DNA of 54,973 nucleotides from Craspedostauros australis (lineage: Eukaryota), in NCBI GenBank assembly GCA_030167865.1, contig JALAGF010004555.1, forward strand, positions 1 to 54,973, in the 5' to 3' direction. Positions 25,577 to 35,615 of the stretch are shown here, in pieces. Each line of letters begins with the position of its first letter. Position 1 is the stretch's first letter. Both the position numbers and the translations under genes were made by a program. Below the pieces are notes generated by a model, which worked only from the letters and a program-made list of their open reading frames with translations, had not been told where the DNA came from and searched no databases.

Positions 25577-25653
25577 TCTGTCGTTGTTCAGATGAAATCT
25601 GCTGCCCTGCTCTGTCGCAATCGAGCAGACTCCATCGTCATTCCGCACGGAGA
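25577..25653 (-). promoter_or_regulatory. SECIS-like element (selenocysteine insertion sequence) in the 3' UTR
   Basis: RNA reads AUGAC (25641-25637), GAUGGAGUCUGCU, 20-nt apex CGAUUGCGACAGAGCAGGGC, AGCAGAUUUCAUC, UGAA (25590-25587). This gives a 13-bp uninterrupted helix (2 G-U pairs) stacked on a UGAN/NGAN tandem G.A quartet, a UUGC/GCAG apical mini-helix and a weak helix I. It lacks the canonical apical AA. Confidence 0.7.
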
Positions 25654-25724
25654 TCCATTCCTATCTCAGCCTATCAAAACATTCGATAGGACGCCATGTC
25701 AAGCGCCGCAGGGAATGCAGCGCT

Positions 25725-26042
25725 CTACTTGTCAGTCTGATCTTTGTTGTCGGCATTGTCAGCCTCATCGTCGTCATCGCGAGAGAATTCGATGCCGCTC
25801 CACACGCCGGTGCCCTTGAAGGTGTCGGTCTGACCGGCTGCGTAGCCTGCCAGATCGATGGCGCTCTTGATGGATCAGTACACGACCATGGTGGGTGGTG
25901 CGAATGCGTTCAGCTGCGTCGAAGATGGAGCGCTGGTTGTGGCGACGGTGGCAGTAGTTGTGCGTGGTTGCACAACGAAGGCAGAAGTGGTGGTGGTGAG
26001 GACGGTGACGAAGTAAGCCAGCTGGAGAAGGAATTTGGACAT
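25725..26042 (-). CDS. Small plastid-targeted protein (105 aa) with an in-frame TGA at codon 56; candidate selenoprotein
   Basis: Manual translation: MSKFLLQLAYFVTVLTTTTSA-FVVQPRTTTATVATTSAPSSTQLNA-FAPPTMVVY[TGA 25877-25875]SIKSAIDLAGYAAGQTDTFKGTGVWSGIEFSRDDDDEADNADNKDQTDK[TAG]. Signal peptide plus SA-F cleavage motif plus S/T-rich transit peptide; ACCATG start context; C-ending codon bias continues after the TGA; SECIS-like hairpin downstream. Confidence 0.8.
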
Positions 26043-26067
26043 GGTCGATGTTGTTGCGCTGCGTTGC

Positions 26068-26102
26068 TTTGCTTTACTTTACTTTACTTTACTTTACTTT
26101 GC
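26068..26102. repeat. (CTTTA/CTTTG)n pentanucleotide microsatellite just upstream of the 26042 ATG
   Basis: ctttgctttactttactttactttactttactttg. Confidence 0.85.
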
Positions 26103-26788
26103 GTTGTTTGTGTTCACAACGGCGATTATGACATGAACCAACGAGTGCGCACGAAATGAACAAACCGAAGAATGCGATCGTCAACAACAATGAGGCAACT
26201 GCGATGACGTGGGAACAATCATGATTCAGCGCATCGTCTCATTCGTTGGTGATTGGAGGAATGAGTTGTCGTCACAGTGTCAGTACTAATGACTCATTGG
26301 ACTCAAGCCACCACAATGAGCGACAAAAAGCCGGCAACTCACATTTCACCGGTCTTCTAATTGCGAGATGGACATTTGCGATGTACCAACACGCAAAGTG
26401 TTCACATCTCCACCCCATCGCTCCCACAAAACACATTGCTGGACAACTCCTCAACATTCTGGTCGTAGTATTGCCTTTGTCATCGTCCTTGGCGTTGATC
26501 TTCCCGGCATTCTACAACAATCCACAACACTTTGAGACAGACGAATTCAAGGAGGAGGCGTGACATTGGGCTGTACGTATAGTACCATACGGCCTACACG
26601 GACGACTACCATACTCGCACTCTGTTCACTGCCATTATACATACACTCAAAGTGGAAGCAGACACTCCTGCTGAAGACCTGAGATTGGACTTCCAGAGTT
26701 GCACGCACTCTCTTCGCATTGCACATTGCGCATTGCAGACGGCAGCTACACTGCGGCAGTACGGAAATAGTGGGAAATAACAACAAAA

Positions 26789-29026
26789 ATGAGGACGCAT
26801 TCGCACTCATGGTCGTTGCAATGCTGGTTCCTCGCGCTCGCGGTTGCCACCGTTTGCCACCGCGCCACACTGGCATTCGTCCTGCCTTCCACAGGTACCG
26901 CACCACAGAGTCTGTTGGCAACCATCACGGACGAACCCACCACGGAAGATGACGACGCATCTTCGGTCGTTGAATTCCCACCGCCGCTTTCCCAGGTGGA
27001 TCGTCTCAAGCGTGCCGCCAAGTTCTGGTCGACGGCATTGCCCATCGTGGCCAATTACTACGGTCTCATCGGCTCTATCAAGCTTCAGGAGATTCTGGGG
27101 AATCCCGCCACCGATGAGGAGATTGAGGTGAGTGGATTGCAGTGAATTGCAGCCAGAGGAGTGCACGCATGGTTGCATTCGTCATGCTAACACTTGAAGT
27201 GCTCGTGGAATCTCAGTCCCCCCTCCACTATGAGTTTGCACGTATCACGTCCATGTTCACGACCAATCTCACGTTCACTTCCAATCTCATCTGCATGGTA
27301 TCTCTCCATGTTGTACTTATTTCATCTACATGCATGCGCTTGCAAACGCAGAGGCTCTGGAATGACAAACATGAAGATGGCGCCATCAAACTGAAAGAGC
27401 GCATCGCCGACCTCCAGGGCTTCTACGTCAAGACGGCGCAGATCATCAGCTCACGACGAGACCTCTTCCCCGAGCAGTATGCCGACGCTCTCTCCATCTT
27501 CACCGACAACGTCGACCCCATGCCCGTTTCCATCGCAAAGGCCGTCGTCATGCAGGAGCTCCTCAACGCTGACGAGACCTTCGAGGATGTCTTTGCCGAG
27601 TTCGATGACGTCCCTCTGGGAGCGGCATCCGTCGCACAGGTCCACCGCGCCGTCCTCACTCCCAAGTACGGTGGCAAGGAGGTCGCCGTCAAGATCCAAA
27701 GACCCTCCATCGAATCCAAGCTCCTAGGTGACGTCGCCAACCTCAAGGCCCTGGCCAAAGCATTCCGCAACAACGACGCTCTGCCGCTCGATTACTACAC
27801 CGTCTTTGCCGAACTCGAGACGCAGCTCGCCGACGAATTCGATTTCGTTGCCGAGGCCGTCGCCATGGATCGCATCCGCTCGGCTCTCACGCGATCGTAC
27901 GATGGCACGGAACCCACCGAAGTGCCCCTCGTCATGCCAAGACCGGTCGCAGGTCTCGTCTGCAAGCGCGTCCTCGTCATGGATTACCTCAAGGGCGTGC
28001 CGTTGTCCAGGGCGCGCGAGGAGATGCTGAAGCGCGGCGTCGACCCGGACAGTGCCGAAGCCAAGCTCTTTGGTCGCAAGCTTCTGGAGGCCTTGACGTT
28101 TTGCTTCGGGCGCAATGTTCTGGAGACAGGCTTCTTTCATGCTGGTGAGTACAACCTGTGCTGGGTGTGAGTGTTGAATGACCCATCGGTGAATGGCTGA
28201 ATCCTTGTGCTGCATGTTGCGCTGCCTTGCATTTACTAATGAAACAATGAATTCTGGTGATTGGCACCAATTGCCTTCTGTGGGGACAAACAATACCCAC
28301 CCTCCTCTCCGCATTGCTCCAACGAATCGATGAACTGATGAATCAATGGACGGTTGACTGAGCGTAGATCCGCATCCAGGAAACATTTTCGTTTTGGAAG
28401 ATGGGCAGATCGGCCTCATCGACTTCGGTCAGGTCAAGCAAATTTCAGGCCGCAACCGAGAGACCCTGTGCAAGGTAATGATCGCGATGGACGAACGCGT
28501 CGGCGATGAACGCCCAGAGGATCTGGATAAAATTGGTAAGCTGGCGTTGGAACTGGGTGTCGAACTCAACGATGATGCTGCGGACGAAGCTGCCGCCGCA
28601 GTAGCGATGTGGCTCTTCGATGGTTCCATCGAGAAACTGCCCGGCGGTTACGACTTGGGAGAGCTCAGTCCCAACTCGCCCGTTAAGGAGCTGCAATCCT
28701 TCCCGCAGGACCTCGTCCTTGTGGGACGGTCCTCCATCCTCATCAAGGGTCTCTCGAACCGATTGGGCATCACATGGAGCCTCTGCAAGGAATGGGCGCC
28801 CATCGCGCGCACCGTCCTCAACAGCGAGCCAGACGTCGTGGAAGATCGGCGAGTGCGATTCGTGGCCGTTCTGAGGACGCTGAAGCAATGGAGCAAGGGG
28901 CGGGTCACACGGCTCGTCACAAAGCTGCCAGGGCCCATTCGCTCGCGGGTGGCCAACGCGATTGTGAAGCGGGAAGAGCGCAAGTCCCGCAAGGCGCTGA
29001 AGGTGCGTGGCGGGTCGGAGGATTGA
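26789..29026 (+). CDS. ABC1/UbiB atypical protein kinase, plastid-targeted; exons 26789..27127, 27352..28144 and 28368..29026
   Basis: LQGFYVKTAQ (KxGQ-like), PLGAASVAQVHRA, VAVKIQRP, EFDFVAEA, VLVMDYLKG. Splicing restores FFHADPHPGNIFV...LIDFGQ. Both introns are GTGAGT...AG and in frame. Presequence ...HRATLA-FVLPS. Confidence 0.93.
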
Positions 29027-29475
29027 ACCGGGCCATGATATTGAATGACACAATACTCTCTCGTTCTCTACTTATCTATCTGTTGCCAACGAAGGAAAGA
29101 GGAGAATATGAGACTGTCACTATCATCGTTGCTTGAGTTCGTGCAACCACGCAAGCGCAATTCCACAGATTCGTTCGTGTTGTGCGGCCGAAGAAAGCCA
29201 ACGAGTTGTCAAGAATTCTGCAAGTATAGCATGTTGGCCAGGACCGACACAACCTTAGTGACGATCAAATCCAGAAGACACTCGCTTGAGCAATCATTCA
29301 ACGCAACCATCATCGGACGATACAGCAACACGACGAGCACAGTACGCCAATTAACAGTACAGCTATATTTTGCATGTCACACTTGGACCATGTCGTCCAC
29401 CCTCCCTTTAGTCCTACTCAAGCCTTGCAGGCGTGCATGCATGTGTGCATGGAGTACTCCCGACTCGTAGTTCAT

Positions 29476-31299
29476 CTAGTTTGCATCGTTCGTCCGCTGC
29501 TTCTCCCGAGCCCGGTGTCGTGCCATCGCTTGCAGCACCTTCGCCCGTTTCTCCTCCCTCGCTTGTTGCAAATCCACCCACGAGGGAGCTGCCACCCTCT
29601 TCTTCGAAGAAGCGCTGCCATCTATGCTCTGCTTCGAAACAAATGCCGATTTGCCATCCGCATCACCGCGCATCATGTTGTCGTACAAGGACTGTCCCAT
29701 TTGCAACGTCCAGGTCGTCCATCGACCGATGTCCACGTTCAACGGGTCCATCTCGTTGGATTGCAGAATCATGTCTTCTGCCCAAGATGGGATAGGTATC
29801 TGCAACAGGGAGTAATCGATCGACATGTACTCCAGGACTCGCACCACCGTCTGGGCAGTGTAGTACTGTGACAGTGATGCAGAGACTGCCTTTGAAGCAG
29901 AGGACGCCGTACCCTGCGGACCAGTTGGTGGCCTCCACCCCTTCTGTAGAACCTGCTGCAGCTTGACTCGATCTACCAACGCAGTAAGCCCAAACGAGAT
30001 ACCAAATTGATCCAGACTACTAGCGAAGTCCGTCATGTTGCCCACAAACTGATGCGGGCGACGGTATATCCCCCCACATTGAAAGCTCTGAGGCATGGTC
30101 CCTTCGCTCCAATGGGTTGGAAGCAAATCTACAAAGGCTGCGAATGCCCAGCGCTTGTTGTGACCTGCGGCGTCAGCGTTCAATAACTTTCGCACTTGGG
30201 CTGGACAGTTGTCGGGATACGATGTCACATCCATGCAGTCCTTCCAGAAGGCCAGCAGCACACGCTCGAGTGGGTCGCGCAAGAATACGGCGGAATGTGG
30301 ACCATCGTTGTTGTCGGTCGTCGTCGTCTTTGCGGTACTTGTGCTGAGTGATTTCGTGCCCTGACACATGTCCAAACCCAGGCTGCCGTCGCCCAGGCCG
30401 TCGAATGCTTTCTGAGAGGCACCATATCCAGGATTGTTGACCTGACACATCAAATTGGCCAAGACACGAGATTCCTCGTACTGATCGATGATGCACAATT
30501 TCACTTCGCTACCTGGTAACGACGGCAAATGAATGGATTGCGATTGAAGCAGCTGAATGCTGTCCCCGTCCAACTGGATCCGTCGATCGAGAAGAGTGTA
30601 CATCCACCAAGGCATTGAATGCGTCGTTGTTGCAGATTGCAAGAATCCACGAAGGCATGTGACGAATGACTCCTGCGGTGGACATGGCGTCGCTGTTCCC
30701 AACAGCGCGTACGATCTGGAGTACGCGTGCTGCACGAACGTTTGGGATTGGATCGTGTCAGTAGACAAAGACGATGATGCATCGACTGCCAGATCCCCGC
30801 CCGGCGTCAATGCAGCCTTCTTGGTCTTCGCTTTCACGGTGTACATGGTCAATCCCCGAAATGCTTTGACGCTGCGCTGTATCTGTTCGCAGGCAACCAG
30901 CAGCAACATCCCCAACACCGCCGTGCGAATGATCCTCCCCACACGCTTTCCGCACTTGACGACCTTGAAGATGGCCTCCATGGCCATGCGTGCCTTTTCT
31001 TCTTCATCTTCCTCACTTTCGCCGAGCTCGCTGATCTTGGAGAGGTAGCCGGGTCGCCGCGAGCCTCGTTGTGGCCTTGCCGGTCGCGATGTCCGTCTTG
31101 ATGATGACGACGATCGAGATGATGATGATGATGATGAGCGGGACGAAGATGTCAGCCTGGACATGAAGCGGGACGCCGTCGAACGTCCCGACGACCAGCC
31201 GCCCTTCTTCTCACTCGAACCTCCATTCTTCTTGTGATACGGCACCAAACTCGGTGGGAACTTGGGCTTGCGGTTCGCAGAGCGGTGCATGGGTGGCAT
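29476..31299 (-). CDS. Membrane-anchored carbohydrate-sulfotransferase-like protein (Sulfotransfer_2 type)
   Basis: 3'-phosphate-binding motif AVFLRDPLERVLLAF, PQSFQCG, and C-terminal YYTAQTVVRVLEYMSIDYSLLQIPIPSW. TM segment IIRTAVLGMLLLVAC after a basic/Ser-rich N-terminus. Confidence 0.7.
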   Translation of the reverse strand: MPPMHRSANRKPKFPPSLVPYHKKNGGSSEKKGGWSSGRSTASRFMSRLTSSSRSSSSSSSRSSSSSRRTSRPARPQRGSRRPGYLSKISELGESEEDEEEKARMAMEAIFKVVKCGKRVGRIIRTAVLGMLLLVACEQIQRSVKAFRGLTMYTVKAKTKKAALTPGGDLAVDASSSLSTDTIQSQTFVQHAYSRSYALLGTATPCPPQESFVTCLRGFLQSATTTHSMPWWMYTLLDRRIQLDGDSIQLLQSQSIHLPSLPGSEVKLCIIDQYEESRVLANLMCQVNNPGYGASQKAFDGLGDGSLGLDMCQGTKSLSTSTAKTTTTDNNDGPHSAVFLRDPLERVLLAFWKDCMDVTSYPDNCPAQVRKLLNADAAGHNKRWAFAAFVDLLPTHWSEGTMPQSFQCGGIYRRPHQFVGNMTDFASSLDQFGISFGLTALVDRVKLQQVLQKGWRPPTGPQGTASSASKAVSASLSQYYTAQTVVRVLEYMSIDYSLLQIPIPSWAEDMILQSNEMDPLNVDIGRWTTWTLQMGQSLYDNMMRGDADGKSAFVSKQSIDGSASSKKRVAAPSWVDLQQAREEKRAKVLQAMARHRAREKQRTNDAN

Positions 31300-32024
31300 G
31301 ATGGATGCAGAGTGATGAGCGTTGAGTGCTGTTCGAGAGAATGCACTGGAATGGATATTTCTCTCTCTCTCTCTCTGGAGACCTCAATGAACTTCGGGGG
31401 GAGATGGGGCACTCCGTCTGTCGATTCTCTGCGAGGATTGCTCACATCAGCATCAGCATCATCGCCACCTTCGCTGCTTTCCTTTCTCTTTCTCATTCTC
31501 ATTCTCCCCTTGTTGGCTTTGGCGAACATGACGATCCGAAAAGGTATCCATTTCGCATGGAGTTTGCTTTTCCGACTCATACGACCAACATCACTGACTC
31601 ACACGCAAAACGGAAAACGCGATTCTTCCGCAGAACACCGCGACGCAGATGATCGCGTGATGGTTTTCGACCACCACAAACATGAAGATCAACACCATCA
31701 TCGTCATAGGTCGCCAGTCCACACACGTTGTGAATTGATGAGACTTGCAAGGGCATTGCGCAACGGGAACAGCGCAGGCTTCAAAAGAAGAGGGAGAGAG
31801 CGTTGAAGGCAAGAGCGGTACAAGCACAAGCACTTGTACGTATGTACTATCATACTTGCACACTCTGAAGCAAAGAAAGAATGATGAGAAAGGCAATGGC
31901 GTGCTTGTGCTTGCGACAGAGGACGTCAACGATCGTCTCCCAGCATGGTTGGTGGGATACACGTGCTACAAGGTCGGGACATCGGCAGTCAGAATCAATT
32001 CGCAGAGCCTCCAGAAGCATCAAC

Positions 32025-32624
32025 ATGCACTCGATTGCATCATTTGGTCATATTGGACGACCCAACTGCGTCAATACCGCGTTCCCGACATCGACGACGA
32101 GGAAAAGCCGCTTGCAACAAGCCGTGCGCAGCATCACAACGCGCGAGGCCAAGACGATGCTCGGCTTCGAACGAACGGAACAGCCAACGATGAAGGAGCT
32201 GAGAGGTGCGTACTTCCAAGCCGCCAAGAAGTTCCATCCCGACATGCAGAAGCAGAGAGAAGAAGATGGCGAAGCGGATGATCCCTTAACGGACTTCAAG
32301 ACCATAACGGACGCCTACGAACGGTTGCTGCACAGCGACCAGGTACAGGCCGATGCGGACCTCGGAATCTCGGTGGAGGAGGAGGCGCACTATAGACGTG
32401 CGTGCATGCAGATACTGGGCGTTCCGGCCGAGATCGTGGAGGAGTCCAAGCAGAACCCCATGTTCCGCCATTGGCTGGGCGGCAACACGGATGGCGCCAT
32501 CTATTGGAGATCCTTCTTCACGGGCCATGGAGGGCTAGCGCAGAAACTGCGTCCACCTGCGGGGCATCTGGAGAGCGGACGACCGGCGCAGCAATCGGAG
32601 AGCAGGAGGAAGCGGAGACGGTAG
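32025..32624 (+). CDS. DnaJ-domain protein, possibly with a mitochondrial presequence
   Basis: EAKTMLG...ELRGAYFQAAKKFHPD...FKTITDAYERL J-domain with HPD. CAACATG at 32025 is the preferred start; an in-frame upstream ATG at 31881 is possible. Confidence 0.88.
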   Translation: MHSIASFGHIGRPNCVNTAFPTSTTRKSRLQQAVRSITTREAKTMLGFERTEQPTMKELRGAYFQAAKKFHPDMQKQREEDGEADDPLTDFKTITDAYERLLHSDQVQADADLGISVEEEAHYRRACMQILGVPAEIVEESKQNPMFRHWLGGNTDGAIYWRSFFTGHGGLAQKLRPPAGHLESGRPAQQSESRRKRRR

Positions 32625-33183
32625 GGTACGAACACTCGACATAAAGTATGGATGCACGTTTCATCCAACACAATAAGAGATATGGGGATAACATGAAACA
32701 TTGACGTCTCTCTCTACGAGCAGAGCGGCATATTCTACTCTATTCGGCACGTAAGGTGCCCCTCAACCTCCGACGCGAGTTTGTGGTGAAATGGCATTGT
32801 TGAAACAGAAGGAAATTCATAATTTACCGCATATCCTGGGCTGTCCATGGGAGTCGCATCAGTCATATGCATGACTCGGAGGCTTCCAGGCATCAAATTG
32901 TGTCCACCCAAAAAGTTAGGATTCTCCTTTCGGCGGATCGCATCGTGGAAACGAAGAACGAAACGGAGATCTCACGATGAACAACGGAGGAACACATCAC
33001 CACAAGGGGGTCGAAGACCCTCAATGAAGAGAGAGAGAGCATCACACAAGATCCAAGCACGCCACCAACAGAGGGTTGGCAGACTACGCGTATCACAAAT
33101 AATCCAAGGACATACACGCATACATCCCTAATCCATGCCTGACAGCGCTCTGAAATAGAAAGCGCAGAGAGCAACGGGGCAAC

Positions 33184-35373
33184 ATGAAACACGATCGTGG
33201 AAGAGGCAAGCGCCAATGGGTGGAACGGGAGGAGTTCGTCGATGATCTGGCGCATGCTGCTCAGTTTGCCATCGCGCCGCAATTCAGCGCGCCGGTGGAT
33301 TCCACCATGGCAGAAACCAGCGGCGATGATCATGATGCAGATACTGCTGCTGGGAATGAGCAGGCAAACTCGACTCTCAACATGGCGGACGATGACGAGA
33401 TTGATGTTGACGATTCTGACGATGATGACGATGATCATGATGATGGCAATCGTCATACTGATAATGGCAACGCTAAGGATACTCCTGCCAAGAAAATCAA
33501 GCAAGAGAAAAGTGGCGGGGAGTTGGAGGTGGCTGGCAAAGACAACGGCAATGGCAATACGGCATCATCTCAACCACAGGCAGACAATGGAAGCAATGCT
33601 GATGTCTCAGATGATGAGTCCGAAGTTGATTTGGCAGAAGCCCTGGCCAAGATGATCGATGAGGATGGTGGAGCGCCTTCGTATGCTGCCAGTAGCAAAG
33701 GAGCCTCGAAATTCTCAGCTTCCGCTCCAAGGACTGAGAACGAACTCATTGCAAATCCATATCAAACTCCGTTGGACGAACTGGAACAGGCCATGAAGAT
33801 CAACTTGACGGTGGCCCATCCTGTTGTTGGCAAAGCAAAGAAGACAGACGATGATGGTACCGGTGGCGATGAAAATGACAGTGGCAGTGACAGCGATGAC
33901 GATGACGATGATAGCGATGAGGAGGAGGAAGAAGATGCAGTTACGTACTCATTGGCTGGAACAGTTCGTGGTCACATGGTCCAAAATCGAACTCTCATTG
34001 TCGTCAGCTCGTGTGGGACGACCGACATTGGCTTGCACCAGGAGCCGTTGGACGAAGGGAGTCTGCTCGTGCTGCGAACTGACGAAGGCGACATCATTCC
34101 TCTCGGTAAGATCTTCGAAGTCTTTGGGCCCATCAGCCAACCACTGTACTCCGTCCGGCTTCCATCGCCACCAACAGCGCTGGAGAGATCATCAAAATCT
34201 TCACAAAAGAAAGGAGGCAGCAGCAGCAACAAAAACAAGCCAAACCAAGCTGATACGAAACAGAACGGAGATTCAGAGAAGCCCGAAGAAACCAAAGAAA
34301 TTGATGCAGAAATGGAAGATGGAAGCGCAACGGCTGGACCTCCATCATCGAGCAGCAACAGAAATGGGAACAACAGCAACGGCATCAGCGACAACGCTAG
34401 CCAAGGCGATGCAACTGCGGATACAAGTGGAACAGCGACTGAGATGAAGGACGCAAATGAAAGTGAGGGTGCACAAAAGGTTGAAAACATGTCTGATGAA
34501 TCCAAAGAGGCAGAGCCAGAAGCTGTAGACGCATGCGCGGAAACAGGGAAGGATGGAAAGGCTGAGACAACGAAACAAGAAGATGCCAACACCACAAACG
34601 CAAAGACAGGTGCAGACACAGACACAGATGCAGCGACCATGCCGGCGAAGAAGCTGGTTGACCCATGGTCCTCCACCGGAGAGTACACAATACTACTCCA
34701 AAACACTCCAAGAATACACGTGTACTTTCCACAAGGTGAAGTCAAGCGCATTGACACGAAGGCAGTCATCAAGACCAGCGGCAAGGGGTGCGACGCATCC
34801 AATATCTTCGATGAGGAGGTCGTTAACGCCAACGAGATGTACTACAGCGATGATGAAAAGGAGAGGGAAGCCAAGTCAGGCAAGAGGAAAGGGCGAGGAA
34901 AGGTTCGCAGCGGTAACCACCACAACAACAACAATGGTGGCAACAGCAATGGCGGCGGGCGTGGCCGAAGGTCGCATCCTGGAAGAGGACGACAGCGTGA
35001 TTCTGGTCCATCCCGCGGAGAACGCTTTCAGCACAATAACCGCGGCAGGCAGCACAATCGCCATCATCATCAACAGCAGCGCCAATGGCATCAGCAGCAA
35101 CAGCAACAGCCGTTTCATCAACCAAACTATCAGCAACCATATCCGCAGCGAATGCCACCACCTCCGCCACCATCGCAACAACCACATGCCATGCCTCAAG
35201 GTTTCTTCCCTCCAGGCCAATCCCTGCAACAGCAGATGCCACATATGATGGGAGCACCGCCACCCCCGCCTCCTCCGCCGCCACCTCCGAGACAACCACC
35301 ACCGCCTCCAGCGAACAACGGCAACGTTAATGTCAACGGCAGCCAGAAGCCCACGAGCTACTACCGATATTAA
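33184..35373 (+). CDS. NAF1: H/ACA RNP assembly factor NAF1
   Basis: APRTENE; Gar1/Naf1 domain PLDEGSLLVL...PLGKIFEVFGPISQPLYSVR; KGCDASNIFDEEV...YYSDDEKERE; acidic N-terminus; Pro/Gln-rich C-terminus. Confidence 0.92.
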   Translation: MKHDRGRGKRQWVEREEFVDDLAHAAQFAIAPQFSAPVDSTMAETSGDDHDADTAAGNEQANSTLNMADDDEIDVDDSDDDDDDHDDGNRHTDNGNAKDTPAKKIKQEKSGGELEVAGKDNGNGNTASSQPQADNGSNADVSDDESEVDLAEALAKMIDEDGGAPSYAASSKGASKFSASAPRTENELIANPYQTPLDELEQAMKINLTVAHPVVGKAKKTDDDGTGGDENDSGSDSDDDDDDSDEEEEEDAVTYSLAGTVRGHMVQNRTLIVVSSCGTTDIGLHQEPLDEGSLLVLRTDEGDIIPLGKIFEVFGPISQPLYSVRLPSPPTALERSSKSSQKKGGSSSNKNKPNQADTKQNGDSEKPEETKEIDAEMEDGSATAGPPSSSSNRNGNNSNGISDNASQGDATADTSGTATEMKDANESEGAQKVENMSDESKEAEPEAVDACAETGKDGKAETTKQEDANTTNAKTGADTDTDAATMPAKKLVDPWSSTGEYTILLQNTPRIHVYFPQGEVKRIDTKAVIKTSGKGCDASNIFDEEVVNANEMYYSDDEKEREAKSGKRKGRGKVRSGNHHNNNNGGNSNGGGRGRRSHPGRGRQRDSGPSRGERFQHNNRGRQHNRHHHQQQRQWHQQQQQQPFHQPNYQQPYPQRMPPPPPPSQQPHAMPQGFFPPGQSLQQQMPHMMGAPPPPPPPPPPPRQPPPPPANNGNVNVNGSQKPTSYYRY

Positions 35374-35615
35374 CTAGTATTGCTCAATACGATGACAAGC
35401 AACACAATAAAGTACTCTCCGAACGCAGTACGAGTAATGGGGAATCGCCAATGAGCAATAACCAATGGGTAGTTGCCTGTGTGCCTTGTTGTCTATTGTA
35501 CTATTATTATCATGTGAGTATACTGCGGCAAGCGTCCTGCCAGCCAGCAAGCAAGCAGAGTGTTGAACATTTGCCACACCGGAGCTCCTCCCCCCGTGTT
35601 TCCCATTTGTGAATA

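Noticed and set aside
25587-25641. Box C/D snoRNA reading of the hairpin (AUGACGA ... CUGA)
   Set aside because: It has the same K-turn geometry, but the interval between the boxes is short and fully base-paired, leaving no guide region. Its position downstream of an in-frame UGA fits a SECIS better.
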